64,000 nt of DNA from Mobula hypostoma. Lineage: Eukaryota. The position numbers were made by a program, and so were the translations under genes. Positions 13,233 to 27,139 of this stretch are shown piece by piece. The notes beneath the pieces are model-generated. The model did not search any database. It saw nothing but the letters and a program-made list of their open reading frames with translations, and had not been told where the DNA came from. The stretch spans positions 24,058,001 through 24,122,000 of the forward strand of contig NC_086097.1 of NCBI RefSeq assembly GCF_963921235.1, given 5' to 3'. Numbering within the stretch: the stretch's first letter is position 1; every line of letters begins with the position of its first letter.

Positions 13233-16200
13233 ACAAACAATCTGCCCAGCCCAAAAACTGCTCAGCTCTTGTTATGTCAATGTGAAAGTAAAATTTATTA
13301 ACCAAGCAACTCCATGTTACTAAATACTTCCTTAAGATTCATTTTCTTTCAGGCATTTACAGGAAAATAAAGCAGATCAGTAGAACTTGTGAAAAACTAT
13401 ACATAAACAAAGACTGACAATCAATCAACATGCAAAAAAAGACAAATCGTAAAAATAGAAATTAATAATTGTGAGAACACGAGTTCTCAGTGTGCTCTAT
13501 GACTCTGTCCAGGCGCAGGTCAATGAGACTAGTCGGAGATACAGTTCAGCACAGACGGGATGAGCTGACGAGCCTGCTTTTGTGCTGCAGGGCTTTATAA
13601 TTCTGTGACTCAGTGAGTTGTAAAGAGTCCTTGAAAGTGATTCTGTAGGTTGTAGAATCAGTTCAGAGTTGTGGTGAGTGAAGTTATCCACACCAGTTCA
13701 GGAGCCTCCTGTTAGAAGGGTAATAACAGTTCCTGATCTTGGTGGTGTGGGACACAGGGCTCCTGTATCTCCTGCCTAATGATAGTAGCGAGAAGAGAGC
13801 ATAGCCTGGATGGTGGGGGTACTCAATGATGGATGCTGCTTTCTTCTGGGAGCGCTCCTTGTCAATGTGCTGATTTTCTTGTTAGTGTTTGCTTCAGGGC
13901 TCCTCCTATTCACAACGGTACTTTATTCTCTGGAACAAAGTACTCTCTATTCTATAGACAGGGTGAGTACTTGCAGGGTCTTTGCCCCGAAGTCGGGTGA
14001 AGCTAGAATTGCAGGTCAGAGGATTAGGGTGGAAAGGGAACCTGGGGGGAAGCTTCTTCACTCAGAGTGGTGCGAATGTGGAACAGGCAGCAGTGCTAAA
14101 TTATGGTTCAATTGTAACAATGAAGGGAAGTTGGGATGGGAGGACTTTGGAGGTCTGTGATCCAGGTGCAGGTGGATGGGACTAGGCAGAATATCAGGTC
14201 AGCATAGATTAGATGGCCCAAAGGGCCTGTTTCTGTGCTCAAGTACTCTGTAACTATAACTGTCTATGAATACTGTTTCTCTGCTGTAGTACTCTATGAC
14301 CATGAGTGACACTGTTGTTTGCAGTGTCTACAGGTTGCGGGGTAAGCTGCAATCTTCCCAAGTATTCATTTTGAATAATTAAGTGAGCTTAGACTGAATT
14401 CAGTGGAATCCAATATGAAACATATCCTACACTCATGGCAGTCCAATAAGGAATAAGGAGGAACTACTCAGGATGACGGCAGGGAGAAAGTTGCTTTTGG
14501 AGGAAGCTCTTGTTTTTGCAGGAGCAACCCCTCTCTCCCCTGATGGATAGAGAGAGCCAAAGTATTGGGTTATGGACTGTCGTTTTGATGAGCTCTGGAT
14601 CAATGTGGAGAGAGAGCCTGTCAGAGATATCAAAGTGTTGGGATATGGACTATAGTTTTGATCAGCTCTTCGGGGAGCTTCCACTGTGGCTTGCATGGTG
14701 GAAGGGTAGGGGTGGGGGGGGGCTGGTGTTTCTGCTGGCGGGAGTGGTTGGGGGGTGGTAAGCTTTTGCTGTTGTTTGTGTGAAGGAGGGGTGGCTTGTG
14801 GGCCTTCAAGGTGTCTATCAGTCATTCTATGGGGTTCTTGTTTCATGAATGTCTGTGAAGAATATGAATTTTGGGTTGCGTACTGTATAGATTCTCTGAT
14901 ATCAAAATGAACCTTTGAACGTTTGATGCAGATCTTACTAACCAGGCTAGGATTTACCATGAAGTGAGTGGCTTTCTTAGAGTCCACCACATTTGTGGGT
15001 CTGAAGTCATATATGCAACAGGTCAATAACGTTTCCTGCCCCAAAGGATGTAAATGAAGCAGATGATGACAACCTGGTAGTTGTGTGGTCAGGACACTAA
15101 TTTTTCAATCTCAGAGTTTATTAAATTAACTGAACATAAGTGCTCCATCTGCTATGAGTGGTTTTGAATTCATATCTCGGGCTCATTCCAAATATTCTGA
15201 GTACCTTAACTGTTTGTTCAACCTCACTTTGAAGATTAAGCAGAGACCTAAGAGAGGTGCAATAGAAATCCAATAATCCAGCTGTTCAGAAAAGCAGATG
15301 GTTTTGGCATTTTGCCCACTCAGAGTGTGAGTGAGGTGGCAGCCGGTGCAGGAGCTAAACAATGGGCTGAGTGTGCATTCCCAGACAGAATCAGGGACAT
15401 ACATTGCTTTATAGCCAGAGCCTAGGTCTAGAGTGCTTCTATTTCACGTACCAAGCTGAAGCACATTGTGTTCTTTCCTACTCTATATAGAACATAGAAT
15501 CCAGAACAGTACAAGCTATTCGGCCCACCATGTTGTGTCAACTTTTTAACCTAACCTCAGATCAATTTAACCCTTCCTCCCTACATAGCCCTCCATTTTT
15601 GTTTCATCCACATGCCAAGCTAAGAGTTTCTTAAATACTCTTAATGTATCTGCCTCTATCACAACCCCTAGTATTAGCCATTTTTGTCTGGGAAAAAGTC
15701 TCTGGCTATCCACTTGATCTATACCTCTTGTCATCTTATATACCACAGTCAAGTCTCCTCCCATCCTCCTTCACTCCAACGAGAAAATCCCCAGCTCACT
15801 CGGCCTACCTATTTATTTATCTATTGAGATACAGAGTGGAACAGGCCATTCTGGCCCTTCGAGCCACGACGCCCAACAACCCCCAATTTAACCCTCGCCT
15901 AATTACGGGACAATCCATAATGACCAATTTACCTACTGACTGGTACGTCTTTGGACTGTGGGAGGAAACTGGAGCACCTAGAGGAAACAGACACAGTCAC
16001 ATGGAGAACGTACAGTCTCCTTATAGGCAGTGGCAGGAATTGAACCGGGGTTGCCTGTACTATGCAAGCCATTACGTTAACCACGCCACTTCATAAGACA
16101 TGTCCTCTATTGCAGGCTGCAGCCTGGTAAATCTCCTTTGCTCCCTGTCTAAAGCTTCCACATCCTTCGTTTAAAAGGCACCCAGAACTTTTAAATCATT

Positions 16201-16689
16201 GAAAATGTTCTTGTAGTATTATATTTTATTATATTATATTATATTTCTTGTCCTGTCATATCTGGAGTAGCTATTGACCTTGGAAGGAGGGAACCAGACT
16301 TTGAGCTATACCTAGGCATTCTTTCTTCCAGGACATTGACTTTGGAACAAGCCTAACATGTTACAAAAAATTAAAGGCTGTTGGGGTATTAATACGACCA
16401 ACTTCCAATGGTCTGGAAAATCTGCTGGTTCAGTGCCACCAATGTCTCAAAGATTACTGTTTTACTGTGTTCAGATCAGCGACAGACACCAGATGCTGTT
16501 GTTGCCGGGATGCCTGGATCATGTAAATTATGCAATCAACGTATTTTACTGTATGTTTTAATGCCTTGATGTACATATGACAAGTAAAGCTATTCTTTAA
16601 GTCTTTCAAATAGCTTTAAATAAGAGATAACAGGGAGAAGACTCGAGTCATGCAGTATGGAAAAAGGCCGTTTGGCCCAAATCATCGAT

Positions 16690-17410
16690 GCTATCTGTGT
16701 TACCCGGCCAGTTGGTCCGTAATGCCCATATTTGGCCCATCATTCGGGGGATGGGCAATAAATACTAACCTTGTCAGCAAAGCCCACATCCATTGAATGA
16801 GTTAAGAAAGGTTATATGGAGTATGTAGCCTGTGAAGTCAAAGGGTTTGTTCCTCTTCTGTTTCTGGCATTGGTCAGACCATACTTGCAGTGTTGCAAGA
16901 AGTTTCGGGCAAGCACTGGAGAGAGTCCAGAGGATGCTCATGAGAATGATCCTGGGAATGAAAGAGTTAACATACAAGGAATGTTTGATGGCTCTGCAGC
17001 TTTACTCGCTTTTTGAAGAATGAGGGAGAACCTTATTGAAACCTATTGAATATTGAAAGGCCTAGATAGAGTAGACAAGGCGAGGGTGTTTCCTATAGCG
17101 GAGGAGTTGAGGACCAGAGGGCACAGGCTCAGAATACAATGATGTCCATTTAGAACAGAGATGAGGAGGAATTTCTTTAGCCAGGGGGTGATGAATCTGT
17201 AGAATTCATGGCAACAGATGGTTGTGGAGGCAAATTTATTGGGTATATTTAAAATGAATGTTGAAAGGTTCTTAATTAGTCAGGGCATCAAAGAATATGG
17301 GAAGAAGAATGAAAAATGGGTTGAGAGAGAAAATACATCAATTTATGATGAGCAAACTCAATGGAGTGCATGGCCTAATTCTGCTTCAATGCCTTATGGT
17401 GTTATGGTTT
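16690..17410 (+). mobile_element. Degenerate CR1 3' fragment. Similar fragments at about 15485-15810(-), 24125-24635(+), 26020-26405(+), 26620-27075(+), 28250-28600(-), 30540-31170, 35875-36370(+), 39410-39870(-), 40530-40850(+), 44145-44360(-), 44915-45360(-), 46200-46860(+), 47605-48090(-), 50640-50785(-), 55575-55890(-), 56510-57010(+)
   Basis: Recurring CR1 C-terminal motifs (RGDLIE, LKGLDRVDVERMFP, RTRGHSL, RRNFFxQRVVNLWN) and the conserved 3' UTR hairpin gggccgaatggcct with tandem tail. Confidence 0.85.
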
Positions 17411-18455
17411 TAAGTACTACACACCCAATGAACCTAATACCTCATCTGAACTAAAGGTTGCTGATGAGTATCGAGGGAACCTCTCAGTTCTTGTTTTGTT
17501 TGGATTATTATTGTCTCATGTACTGAGATATTATTGGAAGTTTTTGTTTTACATGCTATCTAGACAGATTTTTCCATACACGTGTACATATAGGTAGTAA
17601 AAAGAAAACTGAATATAGTGTTAAAGTTTACAGAGAAAGTGCAGAGCAGGTAGACAAATGAAGTGCAAGGGCTAGATCTGGAAGGCTTAATTTCTTAACA
17701 TATGCATAAATTCCTCCATGAACGTGATTGATGGTAAATTAGCTGTCAAATCCCGCATTGTATTTTGGTTTCAATCGCAAGTGCTAAATCATTGAGAGGG
17801 AAACAGTATCTGCTGATCAGTAAAAGGATCAAGTCAGTTACTATCTCTTTGGTTTGAGAAAATTGATTTGAATCATCCGTTGGGAAACAGTCAATAAAAA
17901 ATATTTCAAAGTTGAAAAGTGCACAACAATTACTTTAATTCTCTCGAATTAGGTGTTTTTATGTTTTCAAGGATTTTCTTGTGGTTAATTTTTGACTGGG
18001 CTTGAGCAAAGGCCATCCATTGCATTCATTTAGCTTAGTGTCAGAACCTCTATTATTGTCTCGGTGCACATTCTTTGCTTTCTTCTCATAGTAATGCCGT
18101 TGATGCCTCAGAAGTCAATACTTTACATTGGAACAAAACCCTCAAATGGATGAGAAGATTGGATGAGATATAAAATTGACTGCTAATTCACACTAGACCA
18201 AATGTGAATACAGCCCCGGCAAAACGAACCCCCCACCCTGCCTCACCCATGCTTCCCTACTCCCCGAGAAATCTGGAGAGGATTTCATGTTTTGGAGATG
18301 CAGACTAGCCTCCTCTTTATTGTCGCCAGGAGCATTTCCTGCTGCCAAAGGAAAATGGCTAAAGTAACCAAGGACCACGCTCAACCCAGTCATGTTCTTT
18401 TTAAAACAAAGGAATTAACTGCAGACTTCAGGAAGGAAAAGGCGGGGGAATACAT

Positions 18456-20610
18456 ATTAGATTAGATTAGATTAGATTCAACTTTATTGTCATTGTGCCG
18501 AGTACAGATACAAAGCCAATGAAATGCATTTAGCACCTGACCAGAAATGCAAAGAATAGTGTTATTTACAAAATAACTGCGAATAAAAAAAGTGCTACAG
18601 CACATAAATATAAAAGTACTGAGACAGTACAATATGGGTGCAATACTGTTCAGCGCTGTGATGAGGGGTTCAGCAGTGTCACAGCCTCAGGTGCCTGCTG
18701 GTGTGGGAGCGGAGGCTCCTGTAGTGCCTACCGGATGGGAGGAGAGGAGAAAGTCCATGGCTAGGGTGAGATGCATCCCTGATAATGCTTTTCGCCGTGC
18801 CCAGGCAGTGTTTATGGTAGATATTCTCAATGGTTGGCAATTGGGTGCTGATAATCCACTGGGCGGTTTTCACCACACGCTGGAGTGCTTTGCGGTCTGA
18901 TACGGGGCAATTGCCATACCACACTGAGATGCAGTTGGTGAGTATGCTCTCAATGGTACAGCGGTAAAAGTCTGTCAGTATCCTGAGACAGAGATGAGCT
19001 TTCTTCATGCTCCGCAGGAAATAAAGGCGCTGTTGTGCCTTTTTGATCAGGATGGAGGAGTTCAGGGACCAGGTGGGATCTTCGGAAATGTGGACACCAA
19101 GGAATTTGAAGCTTGATACACTCTCCACTACAGTTCTATTGATGTAGATTGGGACGTGAGTTTGACTCCTGGCGTGCCTGAAGTCCACAATGATCTCCTT
19201 GGTCTTCTGGGTGTTAAGGGCCAAATTGTTGTCAGCACACTACGCAGCCAGGTGCTGGACCTCATCCCTGTAGGCCGTCTCATCATCCCCTCTGATCAGA
19301 CCAACCACCGTGGTGTCATCTGCGAATTTGATTATGGAGTTAGAACCATGTACAGGATCGCAATCATAGGCGAAAAGGGAGTACAGAAGAGGGCTCAGCA
19401 CACAGCCTTGAGGCATGCCGGTGTTCAGGGTGAGAGTGGAGGAGGAGAGGTTGTCTAACTTAACAGATTGGGGTCTGTTAGTCCAAGGTCCAATTGCAGA
19501 GGGATGAGCTGATACCAAGCTGGCGAAGTTTGGTGATCAGCTTGGAGGGGATCACAGTATTGAATGCTGAACTAAAGTCAATGAACAGCATTCTGACGTA
19601 AGAGTTGGGGCTGTCTAGGTGGGCCAGGGCAGAGTGAAGTGCCAAGGAGATGGCATCCTCTGTTGACCTGTTGGTGCAATAGGCAAATTGATGGGGGTCC
19701 AGGGTAGAGGGCAGACAAGATTTCAAATGTGATAGAACCAGTTTCTCAAAGCACTTTGCAATGATGGGGGTGAGTGCAGCTGGGCGGAAGTCATTCAGGC
19801 CCGTGGCAGTGGAATGCTTCGGCACTGGCACGATGGTGGCAATCTTGAAGCCTGTGGGGACAACTGCCTGGGCCAGGGACAGATTAAAAATATCCGTGAA
19901 GACCCTGGCCAACTTCCCTGCACAGAGTCTGAGCACACGGCCAGATATTCTAACCAGACCAGCTGCCTTCCGTACATTCACCCTGCTCAGGGTGGCGCAA
20001 ACATCGGAGGTGGAAAGTGAGAGAAGCAGTTCACCAGGTGGGAGATCCGCTTTGAGGGTGACCTCCTTGTTCTCTTGGTCAAAGTGAGCGTAGAAGTAAT
20101 TGAACTCATCAGGGAGGGAAGCAGAGCTGGAAGGGGGCACAGTACTAGGTGGTTTGAAGTCTGTAATGACCTGTATGCCATGCCACATGCGCTGGGGGTC
20201 CGAGGAGTTGAAATGCTCCTCGATTCTCTGTTTGTATATGTGTTTAGCCTGAGAGATTCCCCTCCTTAGGTTGGCCCTGGCTGAGCTGTAAGCCTCCCGG
20301 TCTCCAGACCTGAAGGCTGAATCTCTGGCTTTGAGCAGGAGGTGAACTTCTCTGTTCATCCATGGTTTCTGATTGGGGAAAACTTTTATTTGTTTTTGTG
20401 ATGTCACTCTATCTACACACTTGTTGATGTGCTCAAGGACAGAGTTGGTATATAAATCAATGTTAATCTGAGAGTCTGTGGTGGCATGGGCAGCAAGCGT
20501 GTTCCAGTCTGTGTGCTGGAATTGGTGCTGAAGAGCAGAGTCAGCCCCCTCCAGCCAGATCTTCATAGTCTTCATTGTGGGTTTCACACGTTTAATGACC
20601 GGACTATACT
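18456..20610 (-). mobile_element. Rex1/Babar-clade LINE, 5'-truncated, frameshifted RT
   Basis: ORF pieces 19478-20587, 19240-19518 and 18679-19224 with LDPHQFAY, RSTEDAI, MLFIDFSSAFNT, PQGCVLSPLLYSL, IIKFADDTTVVGLI, KKAQQRLYFLR; (TCTAA)n 3' tail at 18456-18478. Confidence 0.93.
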
Positions 20611-22000
20611 TCGGTCCTCTTTGAGGGGGTCAGCACTGGAAAAAGTGGTTAGCTACAAATTCCTGTTTGTCAACATCTCAGAACATTGATCCTGGTAGAT
20701 GCCCAACATATTGATCCAATCACAAAGGAGGCATGCCAATGGCTATTCTTCTTTAGGATCTGAGGAGATTTAGTATGTCACCAAAGACTCTAGCAAATTT
20801 CTAAAGATGTACGGTGGAGCGAATTCTGATCAATTGCATTACCACCTGGTGTGGAGGCTCCAATGCAGAGAATCTGAAAAAGCTGTAGAGGTTCCAGGCT
20901 CAGCCAGCTCTATCACGAGCACTAGCCTCCCAATCACCATGGACATCTTCAAAAGACAGTGCCTCAAGAAGGCAGCATCCGTCACTGGGGACCCTCACCA
21001 TCCAGGACATGCCTTCTTCTCACCTGCCTTCAGGGAGCAGGTACAAGAACCTGAAGACACACATTCAATATTTCAGGTTTCAGGTTTAGGGTTAATATCA
21101 CCGGCACATGTCATGAAATTTCTTAACTTAGTGGGAGTAGTAGGGTGTAACACATGATAATACAGGAAAAAATAGGCAAACCAATTACAGGAAGTATATA
21201 TGTATATATATGTATATTAAATAGTTAAATTTAAAATAGTGCAAGAATAGAAATAATAAAAGCAAGGAACAGCTTTTTCCCCTTTGCCATCACATTTCTG
21301 AACAGTTCATGAAACCATGAGCACCACCTCTCTAGTTTCTCTCTTTTTCCTTTTTAAATCTTTTTATTGAATAAGTATACAAAAAGGTAAGCCATATAGG
21401 CACTAATACACTGTTAGAATATAATAAAATTACAGAAGATATTAATACAGAAAAAAAAAGTGATACAAACAATGTAATTTAAACATAACATACTAAGGTA
21501 ACATAATAGTATACTAATTTTTATATATATATATATATCAATAGAGAAAAGGAAAAAAAAACCCAAAAGAAAACCCACCGTGCAACTAACTAAAAGCAAA
21601 GCAAAGCAATGGGCTAACTTGGAACCAAGTAGAGTTAAAGAACTTAAAATCACGTCCTCAAACCCAACCTCCATTAAAAACAGTAAAAAAAACAAGAAGG
21701 GTATATAAATGTGGAGCAAAAAAGAGAAGAAAAAAAAATTACATTAAATGAAAATATTGAATAAAAGATCTCCAGGTCTGTTCAAATTTAAGTGAGGAAT
21801 CATAAAGATTGCTTCTAATTTTCTCCAAATTCAAGCATAATATCGTTTGAGAAAACCAATCTCTCTTTTTGTACTACTTGTTTATTTTTGATGTATTTTT
21901 GTTTTAACCTAGGGTAATTTTATGCACTACGCTGTACTGCTGCTGCAAAACAAATTTTCTTGACATATGTCCGTGATAAAAAAAACAATCTGTTTCTCAT
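20611..22000 (+). mobile_element. Older Rex1-like 3' fragment (its 5' part is at ~18400-18455), split by several insertions
   Basis: KTKELxxDFRK at 18400-18440 continues after 20610 with the SYKFLxVNISE region and later LPITMDIFKRQCLKKAAS..DPHHPGH. Confidence 0.7.
21349..21859 (-). mobile_element. L1-clade LINE 3' fragment with 11-bp TSD
   Basis: Minus-strand translation WFSQTILCLNLEKIRSNLYDSSLKFEQTWRSFIQYF (fish-type L1 ORF2 end); AATAAA and A-rich tail; TSD TCTCTCTTTTT at 21338-21348 / 21860-21870. Confidence 0.75.
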
Positions 22001-22104
22001 TCTGCATACCTGTACATTTTAAAAATCTGGAATAGGCACGATGAGACCCAACAATGATGCAAGAAGTATGCATTGCGTGAAAACTATTGCATCTTATTGA
22101 TGTG

Positions 22105-22696
22105 TGTAAGTCTCAGGTTCGGCCCCCGTGCATGTGTCGAGGGGAAGACAGCCTCTGGCCCAACCAAACTGAGAGATCTCGTTTGTGTGGATGCTGTGCG
22201 ATGTGTTGCCCGGTTACAAATCCGAATCGCAAAATATCAGACGGTACACCGTATGCAATTAAACGATTGAACTTTATAAATCTTAATCTGACTATAGGGT
22301 TAGTGAAGAAAATCAAAAATAAGAAGGGCCCATTTTAATGAAACAGTCTAATGTGCACGTTGGAGCTCACGGATTCGTCCATTCATTCCTCATTGACCTC
22401 CTCCGAGTGTCGCTGACCCTCAGACCGTCACTCCAAGTCCACTCCGTCCTGCGGTCAACCAACTCTTCCCATTCACGTCTTCTTTATCCATCTCTCACCG
22501 ACAAAAGACCACAAAATCACTACTCCCAACTCCACAAGAAAGAACAACAGCCTCTCATTAGATAGCACACATTCCAAAGCCTCCGATATCCCTAGTCAAA
22601 ACCCAAACATTGCTACTACAGAGAAACCACTACCTTAGCAGTGAAACATTACAGAGAGGCCATTACATTAGTAGTGAAACATTACAGTGCGTTATA
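22105..22696. mobile_element. Probable solo LTR
   Basis: Begins TGTAA, ends TTATA (TTACA with one change), 4-bp flanking repeat TGTG on both sides, CpG-rich relative to the flanks, short internal tandem repeats near one end. Confidence 0.5.
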
Positions 22697-22794
22697 TGTG
22701 TATTGAAGTAAGCTATCTCTGACAGCACCCTTCAATACATTATAGGATTTGCTTCTTGTTTTACTGGGAATTAAAAGCTGAAGAAAATTGTTTA

Positions 22795-23700
22795 TAAACA
22801 CAAGAGATTCTGCAAATGTTTGAAATCCGGACCAACACACACAAAGTGCTGGAGGAACTCAGCAGGTCAGGCCGACATCTATGGAAATGAATTAACAGCC
22901 AACGAAAGCCGTGACAGTTCTTCAGGTCTGGAAAGGAAGGAGGAAGATGCCAGAATAAAAAGATAGGAGGAGGGGGAAAGAGGACGAGCTAGAAGATGAT
23001 AAGTCAAGTCAGGTAGGTGGGAAAGGTAAAGGGCTGGAGAAGAAGGAATCTGATAGGAAAGGAGAGTGAACTTTGGGAGAATGGGGGTGGGGGGCAGTGA
23101 TCGGCAGCTGAGGAGGAGAGATAAGAGACCAGAGTGGGAATAGAAGAAGAGGGAAGGGGAAGGAAAAATTACCGGAAGGAGAAATCGATGTTCATCCCAT
23201 CAAGTTGGAGGCTACCTGGACAAAATATGAGGTGTGCTTCTCCATCCTGAGAGTGGTCTCATCGTGGCAGAAGAGGAGGCCATGGACCGACATGTCGGAA
23301 TGGGAATGGAAATAGAAATTAAAACTTTTGGCCACAGGGAAATTTTGCTTTCAGTAGATGGAGTGGAGGTACTCAACAAAGTGAACCCTCCCACCCCCCC
23401 CAATTTACGGCAGGTCTCACCAATATAGAGGAGGCCACATTGGGAGCACGGAATACCACAGAAGACCCCGAAAGATTCTCAGATGAAGTGTAGCCTCATC
23501 TGAAAGGACTGTTTGGGGTCCTAACTGGAGGTAAGGGAGGAGGTGAACGAGCAGCTGTAGCATCTCTGTCACGTGCAGGGGCATGCGCCAGGGGGGAGAT
23601 TAGTGGGGAGAGGTGAATGGACAAGGGAATCACATTGGGAGTAATCCTTGTGGATTTGGGGAGCGAGGGAGGTAGGCATGTGCTTGGTGGTAGGATCTCA
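22795..23700 (-). mobile_element. Penelope-like (Neptune-type) element 3' portion with GIY-YIG endonuclease remnant
   Basis: Minus-strand 23468-23401 translates GVFCGIPCSQCGLLYIGETCRKL; followed by a pyrimidine-rich 3' region and the pLTR-like end. Confidence 0.8.
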
Positions 23701-25814
23701 TTGAAGATGGCAGAAGTTGCAGGAAATGATGTGTTGGGAGTGGAGACTCATGGGGTGGTAGGTTTGCTTAGTAATGCCCCAAGTTCTGTTGCTAAGGGCA
23801 GGGATGATTGTTGTGTAAATCAGTGACATTGTCACACGTGGGAATGGTACTGAAGGAAACGACAACCACTCAGAGAAGAATTTCGTCCTGAAGTACCCAG
23901 TCTAAGTGGAAATGTGCCAGTGTAGTGGTTAGCACAACTTTTACAGCGGTTCAATTCCCACTGCTGTTTGTAGGGAGTGTGTATATGGGTCCCTACAGGT
24001 GCTTTGGTTTCCTCCCACATTCCAAAGAGATACAGCTTGGGGTTAGTTAGTGAACTGTGGGCATTCTATATTGATTCCAGAAGCATGGCAACACTGTAGG
24101 CGCACCCCGGCACATCCTCGGGCTGTTTTTTTCTGGGAATGAAGGGGTTAACATATAATTCCGGGAATGAAAGGGTTAACATGTGAGGAGCGATTGGCAG
24201 CTTTGGGTGTGTACTCACCGGAATTTAGAAGAATGCATGGGGATCTCATTGAAACCTACTGAATGTTGAAAGGACTAGGGTGGATAGGGTGGATGTGGAG
24301 AGAATGTTTCCTGTGGTGGGAGTATCCAGACCTAGAGGACACAGCCTGAAAACTGAGGGGGTGTCCCTTTGGAACAGAGGTAAGGAGGAATATTTTCAGC
24401 CAGAGCATAGTAAATCTGTGGAATGTTCTGCCATAAACTGCGGTGGAGACCCAGTCTTTGCGTATATTTAAGGTGGAATTTGAACGTTTCCTGATCGATC
24501 AGGGCATCAAAGGATATAGCAAGAATGCAGGTGTATGGGGTTGAGTGGGATCTGGAATCAGCCATGATGGAATGGCGAAGCAGACTTGATGGGCTGAATG
24601 GCCTAATTCTGCTCCTGTGTCTTAGGGTCTTATGGTTAGTTGTTGATGCAAATAACACAGTTCACTGTATGTTTCGATGTTTTGATGTACATATGATAAA
24701 TAAAGCTTAGCTAATATATTTATCTATATAAATTTCCAGGCTTTCACTCGAAATGTGTTGCTTTAAAACCCCAGTACATCCTCGGACTGTGTCGGTCATT
24801 GACGCAAACAACACATTTTATTGTATATTGTTTTGATGTACATGTGAACATAAAGGGTGCTCTGGTTTCCTCCCCCATTTCAAAGGCTTACAGGTTAGTA
24901 AGCTGTGTGCTTGCTACGCTGGTGCTGAAAGCACTTGTGGGCTACCCCAGCATACCTTCAACACAAGCGATGCTTTTCACTGTACATTTTGATGTTTCAA
25001 TCTCCACGTGACAAATAAAGCTAACCTAATCTATCACCAGAAATGGGTCACTTTCAAGTCTGCGAGACAGCCCTCATGCATAATTTGCACATCATAAACA
25101 GACACTGCACGCCCCAGTCTCTCAGCATCTGTGTGCCTTCGCTATCGTTCAGCAGGCGTAAGAACATTGGCCATTGTTGTATTCGCCTCTACTGTCTCAG
25201 CTCTGTTAGCCTCACCTTCACTAAGTTGGCAGCTGATGATCTGAAGTGGGATCTGGGAAGACAACAGGTGTGGGTTCACATGGATCTCCATGGAAACAAT
25301 GGGGAAGTGTGTATAAATCGCACAAATTTATCAAAGACACCAAAGCTTTGAATAAATGATAAGTTATTTTGCAAGATCTGAAATACCTCAGGCAAAAGGA
25401 TGTCATGCACCACATCCCCCTCCAGATTCAGTCACATCTCATCATTATAAATTCCAATAAAACCTGATGTTCAACTGGACTTGTCAAGAATGCTTCATAT
25501 CATCAGCCCCTCGCTCTTAAATCATAATGAATTGTACAACAAAATAATGACTTATTAAAGTGTATTGGGTTTCAAAACTTGTGCTAATTAGAGTTGACTG
25601 TATACTTGTTTTGATTTTTGAAAGCTATTACGGTGTCATATTAATTATGGAAAGTGCATCATGATGAGGTCCCATTTGGAGCAGAGTTTATTTGATGAAG
25701 AAAATCACATCCTCTCTCCATGTTCTTTATGAAGTAGGTAAGTAAAAGGGAAATGAAATGTGCATGTTCAGCAGACAATGTCTGACGACAGAAGCACAGC
25801 CAACGTACGGTCGT

Positions 25815-25970
25815 ATGATGGCTTCACCGAGGATCGTCGCCTTGTCGGGGTAGAAAGGCTTGTGAGTTCCTGAGCTCCTGAGAAGATGCCACCTGGAGCT
25901 TAGCTCTGGGTAGGGTCACCCATGCCATTAAGGTTAAGGGGGTGATTCCAGACAAACAGCGATCCAAAAA
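25815..25970 (+). mobile_element. RTE (Expander/Rex3-like) 5'-end fragment; homologous copy on the minus strand at ~37740-37950
   Basis: cgccttgtcggggtagaaaggcttgtgag...gggtagggtcacccatg...ccagacaaa resembles RTE 5' UTRs; the two copies align by eye. Confidence 0.55.
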
Positions 25971-27139
25971 AAAATGTAAAATTAGTTTTGAAACGCTGAA
26001 GAGCCAAAGTCATATAGCCATAGAATGAGACTTTTGTCTTTGGAGTGAAGGACAAAGAAAGGTGACTTGATAGAGGTGAGAGGCATGAGTAGAGTGGACT
26101 GTCAGAGACTTTTCCCCAGGATGGAAATGGCTAATGCAAGGGCAGGGCATAATCTTAAGGTGATTGTAGGAAAGTACAGTACGTTTTTTTACACGGGGAC
26201 CTGTAATTGTGTGGAACAACCTACCAGGGATGGTGGTAGAGGTAGATACAAGGGGGGCACTAAAACACTCTGAGATAGCCACATTGATGATAGAAAAATG
26301 GAGATCTATGTAGGAGGGAAGAGTTAACTTGACCTTAGAGCGGGTTAAAAGTCGGCACCACATCATGACCCTTAGGGTCTGTACTGTGGCATAATGTTCT
26401 ATGTTACAAAGGAGTGGGTGAGCAAACCTGTCAGAGCTTCCTTGTCTGACATTAACTTGGCCATGGAGCTTTCAATTGGTCACAATAGCATCTATCAGCC
26501 GCACACACTCGTAAACACAAGATATTCAACAGATGCTGACAACCTTGATAAATACACTCTGCTTGACATCTTAGAACATGCCCTTCAGCCCACCAAATAT
26601 ATGCCAACCAATAACGGACTATAATCAGGAGGTTCATGAAAATGGTTCCAGGATTGAAATGCTTGTCAACTGAGAAATGTTTGATGGCTCTGGGCATCTG
26701 CTCACTGCAATTCAGAAGAATGAGGAGTGACTTTATTGAATGTTGAAAGGCCTCGATAGAGTGGATGTGGAGAGGATGTTTCCTATAGTGGGAGAGTCTA
26801 AGCACAGAGGACACAACCTCAGAATAGAAGGGCATCCGTTTCCAACGGAGATGAGGAGGAATTTCTTCGGCCGGAGAGTGGTGAATCTATGGAATTTGTT
26901 GCCACAGGTGGCTGTGAAGTCATCAAGGCAGAGCTTGAGAGTTTCTTGATTGGTCAGGACATGAAGGGATACGGGGAGAAGGCAGGAGATTGGGGCTGAG
27001 AGGGAAAATGTATCAGCCATGATGAAATTGTAGAGCGGACTTGATGGGTCAAATGGCCTAGTTCTATTCCTATATATTGCAGTTTAATAATCCCATTTTC
27101 CAACTGTTGGTCTGTAGCCTTTTATGTCCTGATAATTGA

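Noticed and set aside
25625..25743. Possible cassette exon (aag| ... TAG|GTAAGT)
   Set aside because: Strong donor, but weak acceptor, stop codons and no neurexin-like peptide
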